Shown here: in pieces, positions 42,128 through 52,399 of the stretch
Numbering within the stretch: the stretch's first letter is position 1
Layout of the letters: each line of letters begins with the position of its first letter
Source: Methylotenera sp.
GTDB lineage: Bacteria; Pseudomonadota; Gammaproteobacteria; Burkholderiales; Methylophilaceae
Direction: 5' to 3'
DNA: 64,000 nucleotides
Assembly: GCA_035459705.1 (NCBI GenBank)
Contig: DATHXI010000051.1
Location: 7,205 to 71,204, forward strand
The notes under the pieces: generated by a model
Told to the model about the DNA's origin: nothing
The model's input: only the letters and a program-made list of their open reading frames with translations
Databases searched by the model: none
Position numbers and translations under genes: made by a program

Positions 42128-44152
42128 ATGTTTACCTCACACACAACGCTGATGCAATTCCTCTCAATAAGAAGTTTGAGCACTACTATGCTCAAATTAG
42201 CGTTATTGACGTCAATCGCATATGCGCTATTGCAGTCTAGTCATGCGTCTGCGTTTTCAGATGAGGCTTTGTTCCAACACGCCCGTGAATCCTATGCAGC
42301 TAGAAATGAGATTGCACTGGCTGAGGATGTGAGTCAGCTTAAAGCACAGGAGTATCTACTAGCACCCTATACAGACTACTGGCTAATGCTGTTGCGATTA
42401 GATCAGGCTGAAAGTGCTGAAGTAGTAGAATTTTTAGCCCAGTATGAAGATATGCCGTTCACAGACCGTTTGCGTGGAGAGTGGCTGAAGAAACTGGCTA
42501 AACAGCAAAACTGGACGTTGTTCTTTGAGCAATATCCACATTTTCAACGTGAAGATACTGCAGTTCAATGTTATGCCTTGTTGGGACAAGCGCAATTAGG
42601 ACATACCGAGCTCAATGACAGAAGTGTTGCAGCACAAGCCAAGGCCATATGGTTAACAACAGCCGACCTGCCAAGTAACTGCAACCAGTTATTCGATACA
42701 TTGCAAAAATCAGGCGTGCTCACCACTGATGATATATGGGCAAGAATCAGGTTGGCGCTGCAGGATGGTAAATTGGGCTTGGCAAAAACTATCACCACCC
42801 GATTACCTAATTTTGATGCAGCCAATCTTAAATTGTTAGACCGTGCTAATCAAACGCCACAATTGTTACTCGATAAGAAAACAGTGTCATTCCAAACGCG
42901 TTATGGGGCAGAGGTGAATCTGTATGCGCTTGATCGTTTAGCACGTACCAAGCTAGATGTTGCCATCAGTACTTACGGCAAGTTACAAGGTTTATTTGAT
43001 GTCGATGATCGTGCGTTTGGTTGGGGACGTATCGCGCTGCATGCGGCACGTACCCATCATCCTAAAACGCTTAGTTTTTATGCGCTGGCAGGCAGTACTC
43101 ATTTAGATAAAGAGCAACTAGCATGGAAGGTACGTGCGGCATTACGCGCTCAAAATTGGGAAGCAGTGCAAAGCGTCATCGCTGCCATGCCAGCCAAACA
43201 GCAGGAGGAAAATGCCTGGCGCTATTGGCAAGCACGCGCATTGAAAGAGCAAGATCAGCAAGTGGAGGCCAATGCAATATTTAGTCAGCTTGCTACTGAG
43301 CGCCACTATTACGGTTGGCTTGCAGCAGAAGAGCTAGAAAGCTCTATGAGTAGTCCAGAAGAACAATACACTACTACGGATATCGAAGTCACAGCAATTG
43401 CCAGCCAACCAGCAATCAAACGCTCACTAGAACTGCACCGCCTTAATATGCGCTGGGAAGCAAGGTCAGAGTGGGTTTGGGCAACGCGTGAGATGGATGA
43501 TAAGCAGTTACTAGCCGCGGCAGAATACGCAGCAAGACAAAAATGGTACGACGTTGCCATCATTACTGCCGATAACACCAGGCAACTACATGATTTCAAT
43601 TTACGTTATCCAACACCGTATCGTGATCTCATCCGTCACGCTGCAAAAGATGAGAACTTGGATGAAGCTTGGATCTATGGTTTAACGCGCCAGGAAAGCC
43701 GCTTTATGCACTATGCCAAATCAGGCGTAGGCGCTTCCGGGCTTATGCAATTGATGCCGGCTACCGCAAAATGGGCGGCCAAACGCATGGGTTTGGATGA
43801 TTATAGTCACGATAAGCTTCATGACTTAAACACCAATATTGAGCTTGGTACCTACTATATGCGCCACACTTTAGATCTGATGAACGGACAGGCTGTGATG
43901 GCAACCGCTGCTTATAACGCAGGGCCCAGCCGTGCAAAACGCTGGATGGCAAGTGAGCCACTAGAGGCTGCCATTTATATTGAAACCATTCCGTTTAGCG
44001 AAACCAGAAATTATGTGCAAAAAGTGATGGCAAATGCACATCTCTATGCACCACGTTTAGGGACTAAAATACAGTCTTTGAAGTCACGCTTAGGTGTGGT
44101 ACCGGGCAGTGGTAAGCCAGAGATCATAGAAACTGAAGATGAAGAACAATAA
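42128..44152 (+). CDS. slt: Soluble lytic murein transglycosylase (Slt70-like)
   Basis: RQES, GLMQLMP, AYNAG, ETRNYV. Start may be a later Met. Confidence 0.96.
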   Translation: MFTSHTTLMQFLSIRSLSTTMLKLALLTSIAYALLQSSHASAFSDEALFQHARESYAARNEIALAEDVSQLKAQEYLLAPYTDYWLMLLRLDQAESAEVVEFLAQYEDMPFTDRLRGEWLKKLAKQQNWTLFFEQYPHFQREDTAVQCYALLGQAQLGHTELNDRSVAAQAKAIWLTTADLPSNCNQLFDTLQKSGVLTTDDIWARIRLALQDGKLGLAKTITTRLPNFDAANLKLLDRANQTPQLLLDKKTVSFQTRYGAEVNLYALDRLARTKLDVAISTYGKLQGLFDVDDRAFGWGRIALHAARTHHPKTLSFYALAGSTHLDKEQLAWKVRAALRAQNWEAVQSVIAAMPAKQQEENAWRYWQARALKEQDQQVEANAIFSQLATERHYYGWLAAEELESSMSSPEEQYTTTDIEVTAIASQPAIKRSLELHRLNMRWEARSEWVWATREMDDKQLLAAAEYAARQKWYDVAIITADNTRQLHDFNLRYPTPYRDLIRHAAKDENLDEAWIYGLTRQESRFMHYAKSGVGASGLMQLMPATAKWAAKRMGLDDYSHDKLHDLNTNIELGTYYMRHTLDLMNGQAVMATAAYNAGPSRAKRWMASEPLEAAIYIETIPFSETRNYVQKVMANAHLYAPRLGTKIQSLKSRLGVVPGSGKPEIIETEDEEQ

Positions 44153-44167
44153 AGAAGAGCACAGGGT

Positions 44168-45139
44168 TTGCAGATGCAATTAAAAGAAATAAGTGTATTG
44201 GGTGGTTCAGGCTTTGTAGGTAGTGCAATTGTCGCTAAGTTAGATGCTGCCGGTTATTCAGTGAAGGTATTCACACGTCGTCGTGAAAGAGCTAAGCACC
44301 TGATTTTGTTGCCTAACGTGCAAGTGGTGGAATGCGACGTGCTGGATTATCAGGCGTTGAACTCAGCGCTGAGGGGCTCAGATGCTGTGATTAACCTGAT
44401 TGGTATTCTGCATCAAAGTCGTCGTGTCAGCTTTAATACCATGCATCATCAATTGCCAGCACAGCTGGCAAAGATCTGTGCCGACTTAGGCATTAAGCGC
44501 TTGCTACACATGAGTAGCCTGGGTACAGGTGGACTAAGTGCAAATAAAGATGCGCCCAGCCAATACTTGCGCTCAAAAGCGGCTGGTGAGGCGGCATTGT
44601 TGGCATTACAAGAAAAACTGAATATCACTATCTTCAAACCATCTATCATTTTTGGTCGCGGTGACAGTTTTATCAATCTGTTCGCTAAGTTAATCAGGCT
44701 ATTGCCCGTTGTAATGCTGGCAAAACCGAAGGCTAAATTTCAACCGGTTTGGGTTGAGGATGTGGCTACCTGTTTTGTGAGCAGCCTGAATAATATTGAT
44801 ACCTACGGCAAAACTTACGAACTTGCAGGGCCAAAGGTTTACACTTTCCGTGAACTGGTTCAAGCAGTGATGGATACCTTGCGTATCCAACGTCCGATAA
44901 TTGGCCTCAATGACAGACTGTCTTATGCACAAGCTTTCATGATGGAGTTACTGCCAGTCAAGTTGATGTCTCGCGACAATGTACGCTCGATGGAAGTCGA
45001 CAGCGTCAGTGTGCAGCCGTTTCCAGCCATCTTTGATGTAACGCCTACCGCGCTAGAAGTCATCATCCCTGAATACTTGGTCAATCAAACGCCACGCGGC
45101 GCTTATGACCGCTTCCGTAGTTCTGCAGCCAGAAAATAA
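44168..45139 (+). CDS. NDUFA9-like NAD(P)-binding SDR/epimerase
   Basis: GGSGFVG, INLIG, YLRSK, FQPVWVEDVA. Confidence 0.9.
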   Translation: MQMQLKEISVLGGSGFVGSAIVAKLDAAGYSVKVFTRRRERAKHLILLPNVQVVECDVLDYQALNSALRGSDAVINLIGILHQSRRVSFNTMHHQLPAQLAKICADLGIKRLLHMSSLGTGGLSANKDAPSQYLRSKAAGEAALLALQEKLNITIFKPSIIFGRGDSFINLFAKLIRLLPVVMLAKPKAKFQPVWVEDVATCFVSSLNNIDTYGKTYELAGPKVYTFRELVQAVMDTLRIQRPIIGLNDRLSYAQAFMMELLPVKLMSRDNVRSMEVDSVSVQPFPAIFDVTPTALEVIIPEYLVNQTPRGAYDRFRSSAARK

Positions 45140-45161
45140 GGGGCTTGTAATTAAAATCACC

Positions 45162-46376
45162 ATGCAAACTTATGTGGTAGGTGGCGCAGTACGCGACGAG
45201 TTGCTTGGCTTACAAGTTAAGGATAGAGATTACGTCGTTGTCGGCAGCACGCCCGAAGCGATGGAGGCCACTGGTTTTAAACCAGTTGGCAAAGATTTCC
45301 CGGTTTTTCTACATCCCAAAACGCATGAAGAATATGCTCTGGCGCGCACCGAGCGCAAAACCGCCAAAGGTTACAAGGGTTTTGCCGTGCATGCCTCGCC
45401 TGAAGTTACGCTGGAAGAAGATTTAGCCCGCCGTGATTTAACCATCAATGCTATTGCAAAAAATGCCGATGGTAAGTTGATAGACCCCTTCAATGGCTTG
45501 GCTGATATTCAATCCAAAATCCTGCGTCATGTCAGTGATGCCTTTGCTGAAGATCCGGTGCGTATTCTGCGTGCGGCTCGCTTTGCTGCAAGGTTTACCG
45601 AATTTACGGTAGCACCGGAAACCATGAAACTGATGCGGAACATGGTCGATGCAGGTGAGGTTGATGCGCTGGTGTCAGAGCGCGTTTGGCAAGAGCTGGC
45701 AAAAGGCCTGATGGAACAGAAACCTTCGCGGATGTTTGAAGTGCTGCGAGCATGTGGTGCGCTGCGGAAGATATTCCCAGAACTGGATAGGCTGTGGGGC
45801 GTGCCACAAAGTGCCGAATATCACCCGGAAATCGATACTGGCATACATGTGATGATGGTGATTGATTTCGCTGCCAGTCATAAATTCTCTTTACCTGTAC
45901 GTTTCGCCGCACTGACGCATGACCTTGGCAAAGGCACGACGCCCAAAGAAATGCTGCCGCGCCATATTGGGCATGAAGAACGTAGTGTGGGTTTGTTAAA
46001 AGAGGTTTGCAAACGTTTACGAGTACCAAACGATTGCAAGGAGCTTGCGCATATCGTCGCTAAGTTTCATGGCAAAGCTGGACGTGTGGAAGAAATGCGT
46101 CCGAGTACGCTAGTGCAGTTTTTGCAGGATACGGATGCTATCCGCCAGCCGGAAAGGTTCAAGGAGTTTCTTCGTGCATGCGAGAGCGATTCACGTGGCC
46201 GTACTGATTATGAAGACAAGCCTTACACGCGAGCTGCGTTTTGGCTAAAGGTGCTGGATGCCGCCATGGAGGTGGATGCTGGTGCAGTGGCTAATCAATA
46301 TAACGAGCCTGAAAAAATAAAAGCGGCGGTGTTTGAGGCAAGGGTAGATGCGGTTAAGAGCTTGGTTTCAAGCTAA
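45162..46376 (+). CDS. cca: Multifunctional CCA-adding enzyme with HD domain
   Basis: VGGAVRD, DRD, RRDLTINA, EDPVRILR, LTHDLGK. Start set to ATG 45162. Confidence 0.97.
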   Translation: MQTYVVGGAVRDELLGLQVKDRDYVVVGSTPEAMEATGFKPVGKDFPVFLHPKTHEEYALARTERKTAKGYKGFAVHASPEVTLEEDLARRDLTINAIAKNADGKLIDPFNGLADIQSKILRHVSDAFAEDPVRILRAARFAARFTEFTVAPETMKLMRNMVDAGEVDALVSERVWQELAKGLMEQKPSRMFEVLRACGALRKIFPELDRLWGVPQSAEYHPEIDTGIHVMMVIDFAASHKFSLPVRFAALTHDLGKGTTPKEMLPRHIGHEERSVGLLKEVCKRLRVPNDCKELAHIVAKFHGKAGRVEEMRPSTLVQFLQDTDAIRQPERFKEFLRACESDSRGRTDYEDKPYTRAAFWLKVLDAAMEVDAGAVANQYNEPEKIKAAVFEARVDAVKSLVSS

Positions 46377-46423
46377 ATGGGAATTGGCTCTGCCCTATAT
46401 TTCGTAACAAAGGAGTATTCATC

Positions 46424-46861
46424 ATGAAGATCAATCTTCATCTGCTTTTGGGTTTTATCTTCTTATATTTTCCGTTAAATGCATCGGCTTTGGATGCAAG
46501 TGCAACCATCAAAGTCACTCCGCTGATTCAATCCACGCAAAGCTGGAACGGGGCGACAATTGCTTATCCTGCGGGGCAGGCACAGATTACAGGGCTCATG
46601 ATTGAGATTGCACCGGGTGCAGATACCGGTTGGCACCAGCATCCTGCCCCTTCATTTGGCGTGATAACGCAAGGCACACTGGAAGTGACACTTAGAGATG
46701 GCAAGGTAAAGCGCCTGCAGGCAGGTGACGCTTTAATCGAAGTGGTGAATACAGATCATATTGGTCGTAATGTTGGCGATGTACCAGTCAAGCTTATTGT
46801 GTTTTATGCAGGCACTGTCGGGCAGGTGCTTACGGTTAAAACAGATGAGGTGAAGTATTAA
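46424..46861 (+). CDS. Exported cupin-domain protein
   Basis: Signal peptide; TGWHQHP...G and GDALIE...H.GRN cupin motifs. Confidence 0.88.
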   Translation: MKINLHLLLGFIFLYFPLNASALDASATIKVTPLIQSTQSWNGATIAYPAGQAQITGLMIEIAPGADTGWHQHPAPSFGVITQGTLEVTLRDGKVKRLQAGDALIEVVNTDHIGRNVGDVPVKLIVFYAGTVGQVLTVKTDEVKY

Positions 46862-46864
46862 CTG

Positions 46865-46882
46865 TGTCAGATAACTCCGACA
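46865..46882. promoter_or_regulatory. Imperfect palindrome, GacA/NarL-like box
   Basis: TGTCAG-N6-CCGACA about 100 bp upstream of the 46981 ORF. Confidence 0.45.
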
Positions 46883-46980
46883 CGTATTTCAGTGAGAATC
46901 TTATAGGTGTTTTGTATATCCAATTCATACAATGACGTTAATCATGTACTTAGTGTAACGTTTGAATAGAGAGGTATATT

Positions 46981-47433
46981 GTGAAAAAATACTTATTGGC
47001 GTTAACTGTTTTGTTGGTCGCAACTACAGCACAAGCAGAAGTAGGTGTCTCAGTTAGAATAGGTCAGCCGGGGTTTTATGGCCAGATAGATGTAGGTGAT
47101 TACTATCCACAACCACGTGTGATATATGCTGAACCAAGAGTAGTTCATGTTGTGCCATATGATGTGCGCCCAGCACCGCTATATCTGCGTGTCCCACCTG
47201 GTCATGCTAAGCGCTGGCCACACTACTGCGATAGATACAATGCATGCGGACGCCCAGTCTATTTTGTGCAAGATAGTTGGTATCAAGAAGTGTATGTGCC
47301 TAGATACCGCCACTATCATGAGCATGGAGATGATGGCAGACGCTATGACCGTGATTATTGGGATAAACATGGCAATGGTGGCGGAAATGGTCACCCAGGT
47401 AAGGGTCATGGTAAGGACCGTGGCAATCACTAA
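46981..47433 (+). CDS. Exported hypothetical protein, Pro/Tyr-rich with a Gly/His-rich tail
   Basis: Signal peptide AQA, VGVSVRIGQPGFYG, VPPGHAKRWPHYC..Y.ACGRPVYFV; GAGG SD and downstream terminator. Confidence 0.85.
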   Translation: MKKYLLALTVLLVATTAQAEVGVSVRIGQPGFYGQIDVGDYYPQPRVIYAEPRVVHVVPYDVRPAPLYLRVPPGHAKRWPHYCDRYNACGRPVYFVQDSWYQEVYVPRYRHYHEHGDDGRRYDRDYWDKHGNGGGNGHPGKGHGKDRGNH

Positions 47434-47454
47434 AATATAAGGATTGAGTGAAGT

Positions 47455-47482
47455 AAAAAGCCAGCTTAAAGCTGGCTTTTTT
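47455..47482. terminator. Bidirectional intrinsic terminator
   Basis: AAAAAGCCAGCT-TAA-AGCTGGCTTTTTT between convergent genes. Confidence 0.88.
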
Positions 47483-47512
47483 ACTGTGAGGACGAAGATT
47501 TTAATTAGGGAC

Positions 47513-48070
47513 TTAATTGATGAAAGTCAATTGCTGCTGTACAAACTCCATCGGTTTACGCTTAAAACCACTCTTAGCAAATTGGTGCCAGCGACCAATC
47601 ACAAAACAAATCATCAAATTAGCTTGCGCCTCTACATCACCTTTGTTGCCAGTCTGTGTTTCTGAGATGCGCAGGCTTTGCTTAAGCGTCACTTCAATAC
47701 GGTCATACAATTGATTGATACGTAGTTGCAGGCTGTCATCTTCATTAACTAATGCATCGCCAATCAGTACGCGCGTCATGCCTGGATTCTTCTCAGCAAA
47801 GGCGAGTAGCATGGTGACAGTGCGTTGTACTTGTTTTAAACCATCCGTTTCCTCAGTGCTGATTTTGTTGATTAAGCCAAAAATCGTTTCTTCAATGAAC
47901 TCGATCAGGCCTTCAAACATTTGTGCTTTGTTGGCGAAGTGACGGTAAAGCGCAGCTTCAGATACATCCAATTTTGCAGCGAGTGAAGCAGTGGTGATTT
48001 TCTCGCGCTTGGGGGATTCCAGCATCTTGGCTAGAGTTTCTAAGATTTGTTGTTTGCGTTCGCCTGCCAT
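47513..48070 (-). CDS. slmA: Nucleoid occlusion factor SlmA (TetR family)
   Basis: ITTASLAAKLDVSEAALYRHF, MFEGLIEFIE, NPGMTRVL; argB-HAD-slmA synteny. Confidence 0.96.
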   Translation of the reverse strand: MAGERKQQILETLAKMLESPKREKITTASLAAKLDVSEAALYRHFANKAQMFEGLIEFIEETIFGLINKISTEETDGLKQVQRTVTMLLAFAEKNPGMTRVLIGDALVNEDDSLQLRINQLYDRIEVTLKQSLRISETQTGNKGDVEAQANLMICFVIGRWHQFAKSGFKRKPMEFVQQQLTFIN

Positions 48071-48123
48071 TTTTTATTTTCCCTGAATTATTTTTAGCAA
48101 ATGATGGTTTTTATTTTTGGGAA

Positions 48124-48756
48124 TTATAGCTTAAGGTGAGTAAGTGCTAACACTCCGTTGATTCTGTAGTCTACAAAATTGGGTTTATGTAACTGTTTGG
48201 TGACCCATATCGTGCGCATACCAAGCCGCTTGGCCGTCATCAATGCGGATAGTGTGTCTTCCAGCATGATGCAATCACTGGGTTTGGCGTTAATAGATTT
48301 AAGCAACCTTTGAAAGCCTCGCGCAGAGGGTTTGGCATGGAATGCAGCCGATTCCACACTGAATACCAGCTCAAAAATGTCGCCGATACCGAGTAAGTCC
48401 AGCACTCTTAACGCATAGCTACGCGGTGCATTAGTGAATATTACTTTGCGTCCTGAGAGGCTTTGTAGCATGTGCCTTAATCGTTTGGTTTGTAGCACCA
48501 TTTCTGGCAGGGTGATGAGTTGGTGCGTTTCTTCGAGAAAGTGATAGGGGTCAGTACCGTGATGGCGCATCAAGCCCTTGAGCGTTGCGCCGTAGATACG
48601 CCAATAATGTTGACGCAGTGATTCAGCTGCGGCTTCATCTAAAACCAGGGTGTCCATGATGTACTGCACCATGCCACGATTCATCACCGGAAATATGTGC
48701 GCAGAGGCGTTGTGGAGCGTGTCGTCGAGATCGAATATCCAAATTCGTTTAGACAT
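48124..48756 (-). CDS. Pyrimidine 5'-nucleotidase (HAD)
   Basis: FDLDDTL, YGATL, FTNA, KP, LEDT. Start set to ATG 48756. Confidence 0.9.
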   Translation of the reverse strand: MSKRIWIFDLDDTLHNASAHIFPVMNRGMVQYIMDTLVLDEAAAESLRQHYWRIYGATLKGLMRHHGTDPYHFLEETHQLITLPEMVLQTKRLRHMLQSLSGRKVIFTNAPRSYALRVLDLLGIGDIFELVFSVESAAFHAKPSARGFQRLLKSINAKPSDCIMLEDTLSALMTAKRLGMRTIWVTKQLHKPNFVDYRINGVLALTHLKL

Positions 48757-48881
48757 CTTGCAGCTCCAGTTCGAAGCTAAAACAAGGCAACAAGAAGCGA
48801 GCAGCGCAGACAGTGCATTTGGCACGGCAAGCTGTAAGCGACGGGGTTAACACAGTTTTAGCGATGAAATGGAGAGTGCAA

Positions 48882-49796
<915 letters not shown>

Positions 49797-49848
49797 TTAG
49801 ATGATTCGAATTGTATATAAAAATCGCGCTCAGTGTTTCGCAATTCAC

Positions 49849-51462
49849 TTATAGAGTTTTGCTAAACACTTTAGATTTACGCTGAAAATTATAGAGCTGC
49901 TGTTTCTCTATCGGCAATCTTTCCACATTCTGTTCAGTAAACCCACGCTCTAAAAACCAGTGTTCCGTATGCGTAGTAAGGCAGAACAGGCTTTTAAAAC
50001 CCTGCTCTTTAGCTTGTACTTGGCAGTGGTTGAAGAGTTTGTCGCCACGTCCACCACCTCTGTAGGCCGGATCTATCGCCAGGCAGGCAAACTCAGCGGT
50101 TTTTTCTGCTGCAAACGGATAAAGTGCCGCACAGCCGATAATGCGATTGTCATGTTCCATCACATGGAAATGGTCAATTTCCATCTCGATGCGTTCGCGT
50201 CCGCGCCTGACCAAAACACCTTCGGCCTCTAATGGTTCTATCAGTTTCAGTATGCTGCCTACATCATCAATATTGGCTTGCCGCATAAGCTCTAAGCTTA
50301 ATTCTGTCACCATGGTGCCAATACCATCATGCGTAAATAGCTCTTGAATAATAGCGCCATCAATATGCCGACTAATTAAATGCGTACGTGCTACACCATG
50401 CTCACACGCACGTACCGCCGCTGGCAGGTAGTAGTTGATGTCTTCAGAAATATTGATCGCTTGTTCATTTTGAGAAACATTCCGCAGCAAGTTTTTGGCC
50501 TTTTCGGCGGTCATCTCCCGCAATAGTTCGCCACGTAGGTTATGCACACCTTCAGAGTCCATCAAGAAAATAAGCTTGTCCGCATCCAGTGCAATTGCCG
50601 TGCTCACGGCTACATCTTCTAAACTCAGGTTAAATGCTTCGCCCGTAGGTGAATAGCCTAGCGGTGACAGCATCACTAACTCGCCATCATCCAGACGTTT
50701 TTGAATGCCAATGGCATCTATTCTGCGTACTTCTCCGGTATGTTGCAGGTCTACCCCATCGCGCACACCCATCGGTTTGGCAGTGACAAAGTTACCACTT
50801 GCGACCCGGATATCGCTGCCTGCCATTGGTGAGTTCACCAGTCCCATCGAAAGTAATGCTTCAATTTCTACGCGAATCGCGCCATTGGCTTCTTTCACGG
50901 CTTCCATTGCTTCGTCATCAGTCACACGTAATCCATTGACGAATTTTGGCGTCAGTTTATCGCGACGTAAGCGCTTTTCAATTTGTGGGCGCGAGCCATG
51001 CACTAATACCAACCGTACTTCTAAGCTCGCCAGCAGATTTAGGTCATGCGACAGCGCAACAAATTGCTTTTCATTAACAACCTCGCCACCGAACGCAATC
51101 ACAAAGGTGCGGCCGCCAAAGGCGTGAATGTAAGGCGTGGCAGACCTAAACCAATGTACAAACTCTTTTGCCGATACGCCACCTTTTTTGGAGGTAACAG
51201 ATTTTGAGTTGGTCTGTAAATTGACGATATAAGGCTGCAGATTCTCTTGCACGCTAAATGCACTGTCGTTTTGAGAATAAAGATAAGCGGGTGTGCAGTT
51301 TAATGCCTCGGAGATTTTGCGTAACATGGTCTCAGAAACGCCAAGTTCGCCACGTTCTATGCGTGATAAATTCCCCGCATCAGCACCGATAGTATTAGCG
51401 AGTGCTTGTAAGGTTATACTCAGCGACTTGCGCCGTTTGCGTATGGAAGTACCTAGAGACAT
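49849..51462 (-). CDS. argA: N-acetylglutamate synthase ArgA fused to an N-terminal XRE-family HTH domain
   Basis: aa 1-62 are an XRE HTH (IRKRRKSLSITLQALA...LSRIERG...KISEALNC). From about aa 100 an AAK domain (WFRSATPYI, LVHG, ELFTHDGIGT), then a GNAT domain (EFACLAI, YRGGGRG, HWFLERGF). Confidence 0.95.
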   Translation of the reverse strand: MSLGTSIRKRRKSLSITLQALANTIGADAGNLSRIERGELGVSETMLRKISEALNCTPAYLYSQNDSAFSVQENLQPYIVNLQTNSKSVTSKKGGVSAKEFVHWFRSATPYIHAFGGRTFVIAFGGEVVNEKQFVALSHDLNLLASLEVRLVLVHGSRPQIEKRLRRDKLTPKFVNGLRVTDDEAMEAVKEANGAIRVEIEALLSMGLVNSPMAGSDIRVASGNFVTAKPMGVRDGVDLQHTGEVRRIDAIGIQKRLDDGELVMLSPLGYSPTGEAFNLSLEDVAVSTAIALDADKLIFLMDSEGVHNLRGELLREMTAEKAKNLLRNVSQNEQAINISEDINYYLPAAVRACEHGVARTHLISRHIDGAIIQELFTHDGIGTMVTELSLELMRQANIDDVGSILKLIEPLEAEGVLVRRGRERIEMEIDHFHVMEHDNRIIGCAALYPFAAEKTAEFACLAIDPAYRGGGRGDKLFNHCQVQAKEQGFKSLFCLTTHTEHWFLERGFTEQNVERLPIEKQQLYNFQRKSKVFSKTL

Positions 51463-51481
51463 AAGTGAAGTTATATAAAAA

Positions 51482-51524
51482 TGTAATAATTACAAAATAT
51501 TATAACAATTATGTAATTAATGCA
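51482..51524 (-). promoter_or_regulatory. argA promoter with two palindromic operator candidates
   Basis: Perfect TGTAAT-A-ATTACA (51482-51494) and imperfect TGTAAT-T-AATGCA (51512-51524) flank an extended -10 TGTTATAAT (minus strand, 51507-51499). Confidence 0.7.
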
Positions 51525-51548
51525 AATTTACATTGATAATTGAAGTTT

Positions 51549-52295
51549 TTAATTGAAATCGCCCCATAAGGTTTGCATGGCGGCTATGGCAGCTAATGAG
51601 GCGGTTTCTGTGCGTAATACTCTCGCGCCTAGCTGGATAGCCTGAAACCCATGTAGCTTGGATGTTGCGATCTCCTCATTAGTAAGACCGCCTTCGGCAC
51701 CGATCAATAAGTAGATGTTGCCTATGGGCTTAGTTAAGCTGCTTAAGTGTTGAGTCGCATCTGGTGCCAATGTGATTTTGCAAGCATCTGGTTCTGCAAT
51801 TTTGGCAAGTTGAGCAAATAAGTTGCTAAAGTTAAGCGGTGCGCTAACTGCCGGTACTATCGCCCTGCCTGATTGTTCGCAGGCTGAGATTGCGACATTC
51901 TGCCAATGCTCGGTACGTTTTTCTGCACGTTCGGCTGATAGTTTCACCACGCTCCGTTGGCTGGCAAACGGTTGAATGTGAGTTACACCAAGTTCCACCG
52001 CTTTTTGAATCGTGTAATCCATGCGATCGCCGGCTGAAATTGCCTGCAGCAAGGTGATGCGCAAAGGCGACTCATTGTTGACTTGTTCTACAGCAGTAAT
52101 TTTTGCAAAGACTGAGTTTTTATTGATAGCGGTCAGTTCGCATTCGTAGTCTTTTCCATCGCCATTGAACACGATTGCGCTATCACCCACGCTCAAACGC
52201 AAGGCGCGCGTGGCATGTGCAGCCGCACTTTCGGAAAGTTGGACTGATTCGCCCAGGACTAATGGGTTGTTGGTATAGAAGCGCAAATTGGCCAT
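51549..52295 (-). CDS. rsmE: 16S rRNA U1498 N3-methyltransferase
   Basis: QKAVELGV, ACEQSGR, IGAEGG, LGARVLRTETA. Confidence 0.97.
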   Translation of the reverse strand: MANLRFYTNNPLVLGESVQLSESAAAHATRALRLSVGDSAIVFNGDGKDYECELTAINKNSVFAKITAVEQVNNESPLRITLLQAISAGDRMDYTIQKAVELGVTHIQPFASQRSVVKLSAERAEKRTEHWQNVAISACEQSGRAIVPAVSAPLNFSNLFAQLAKIAEPDACKITLAPDATQHLSSLTKPIGNIYLLIGAEGGLTNEEIATSKLHGFQAIQLGARVLRTETASLAAIAAMQTLWGDFN

Positions 52296-52399
52296 TGGTC
52301 TAGCGCCTTAAACTGAGAACTACAAGTGAAAATAAAAGTGATAATATAAACATTAAAATTGTCATACAAATAATTATAACGAATTTAAGGAGTGAAAAA

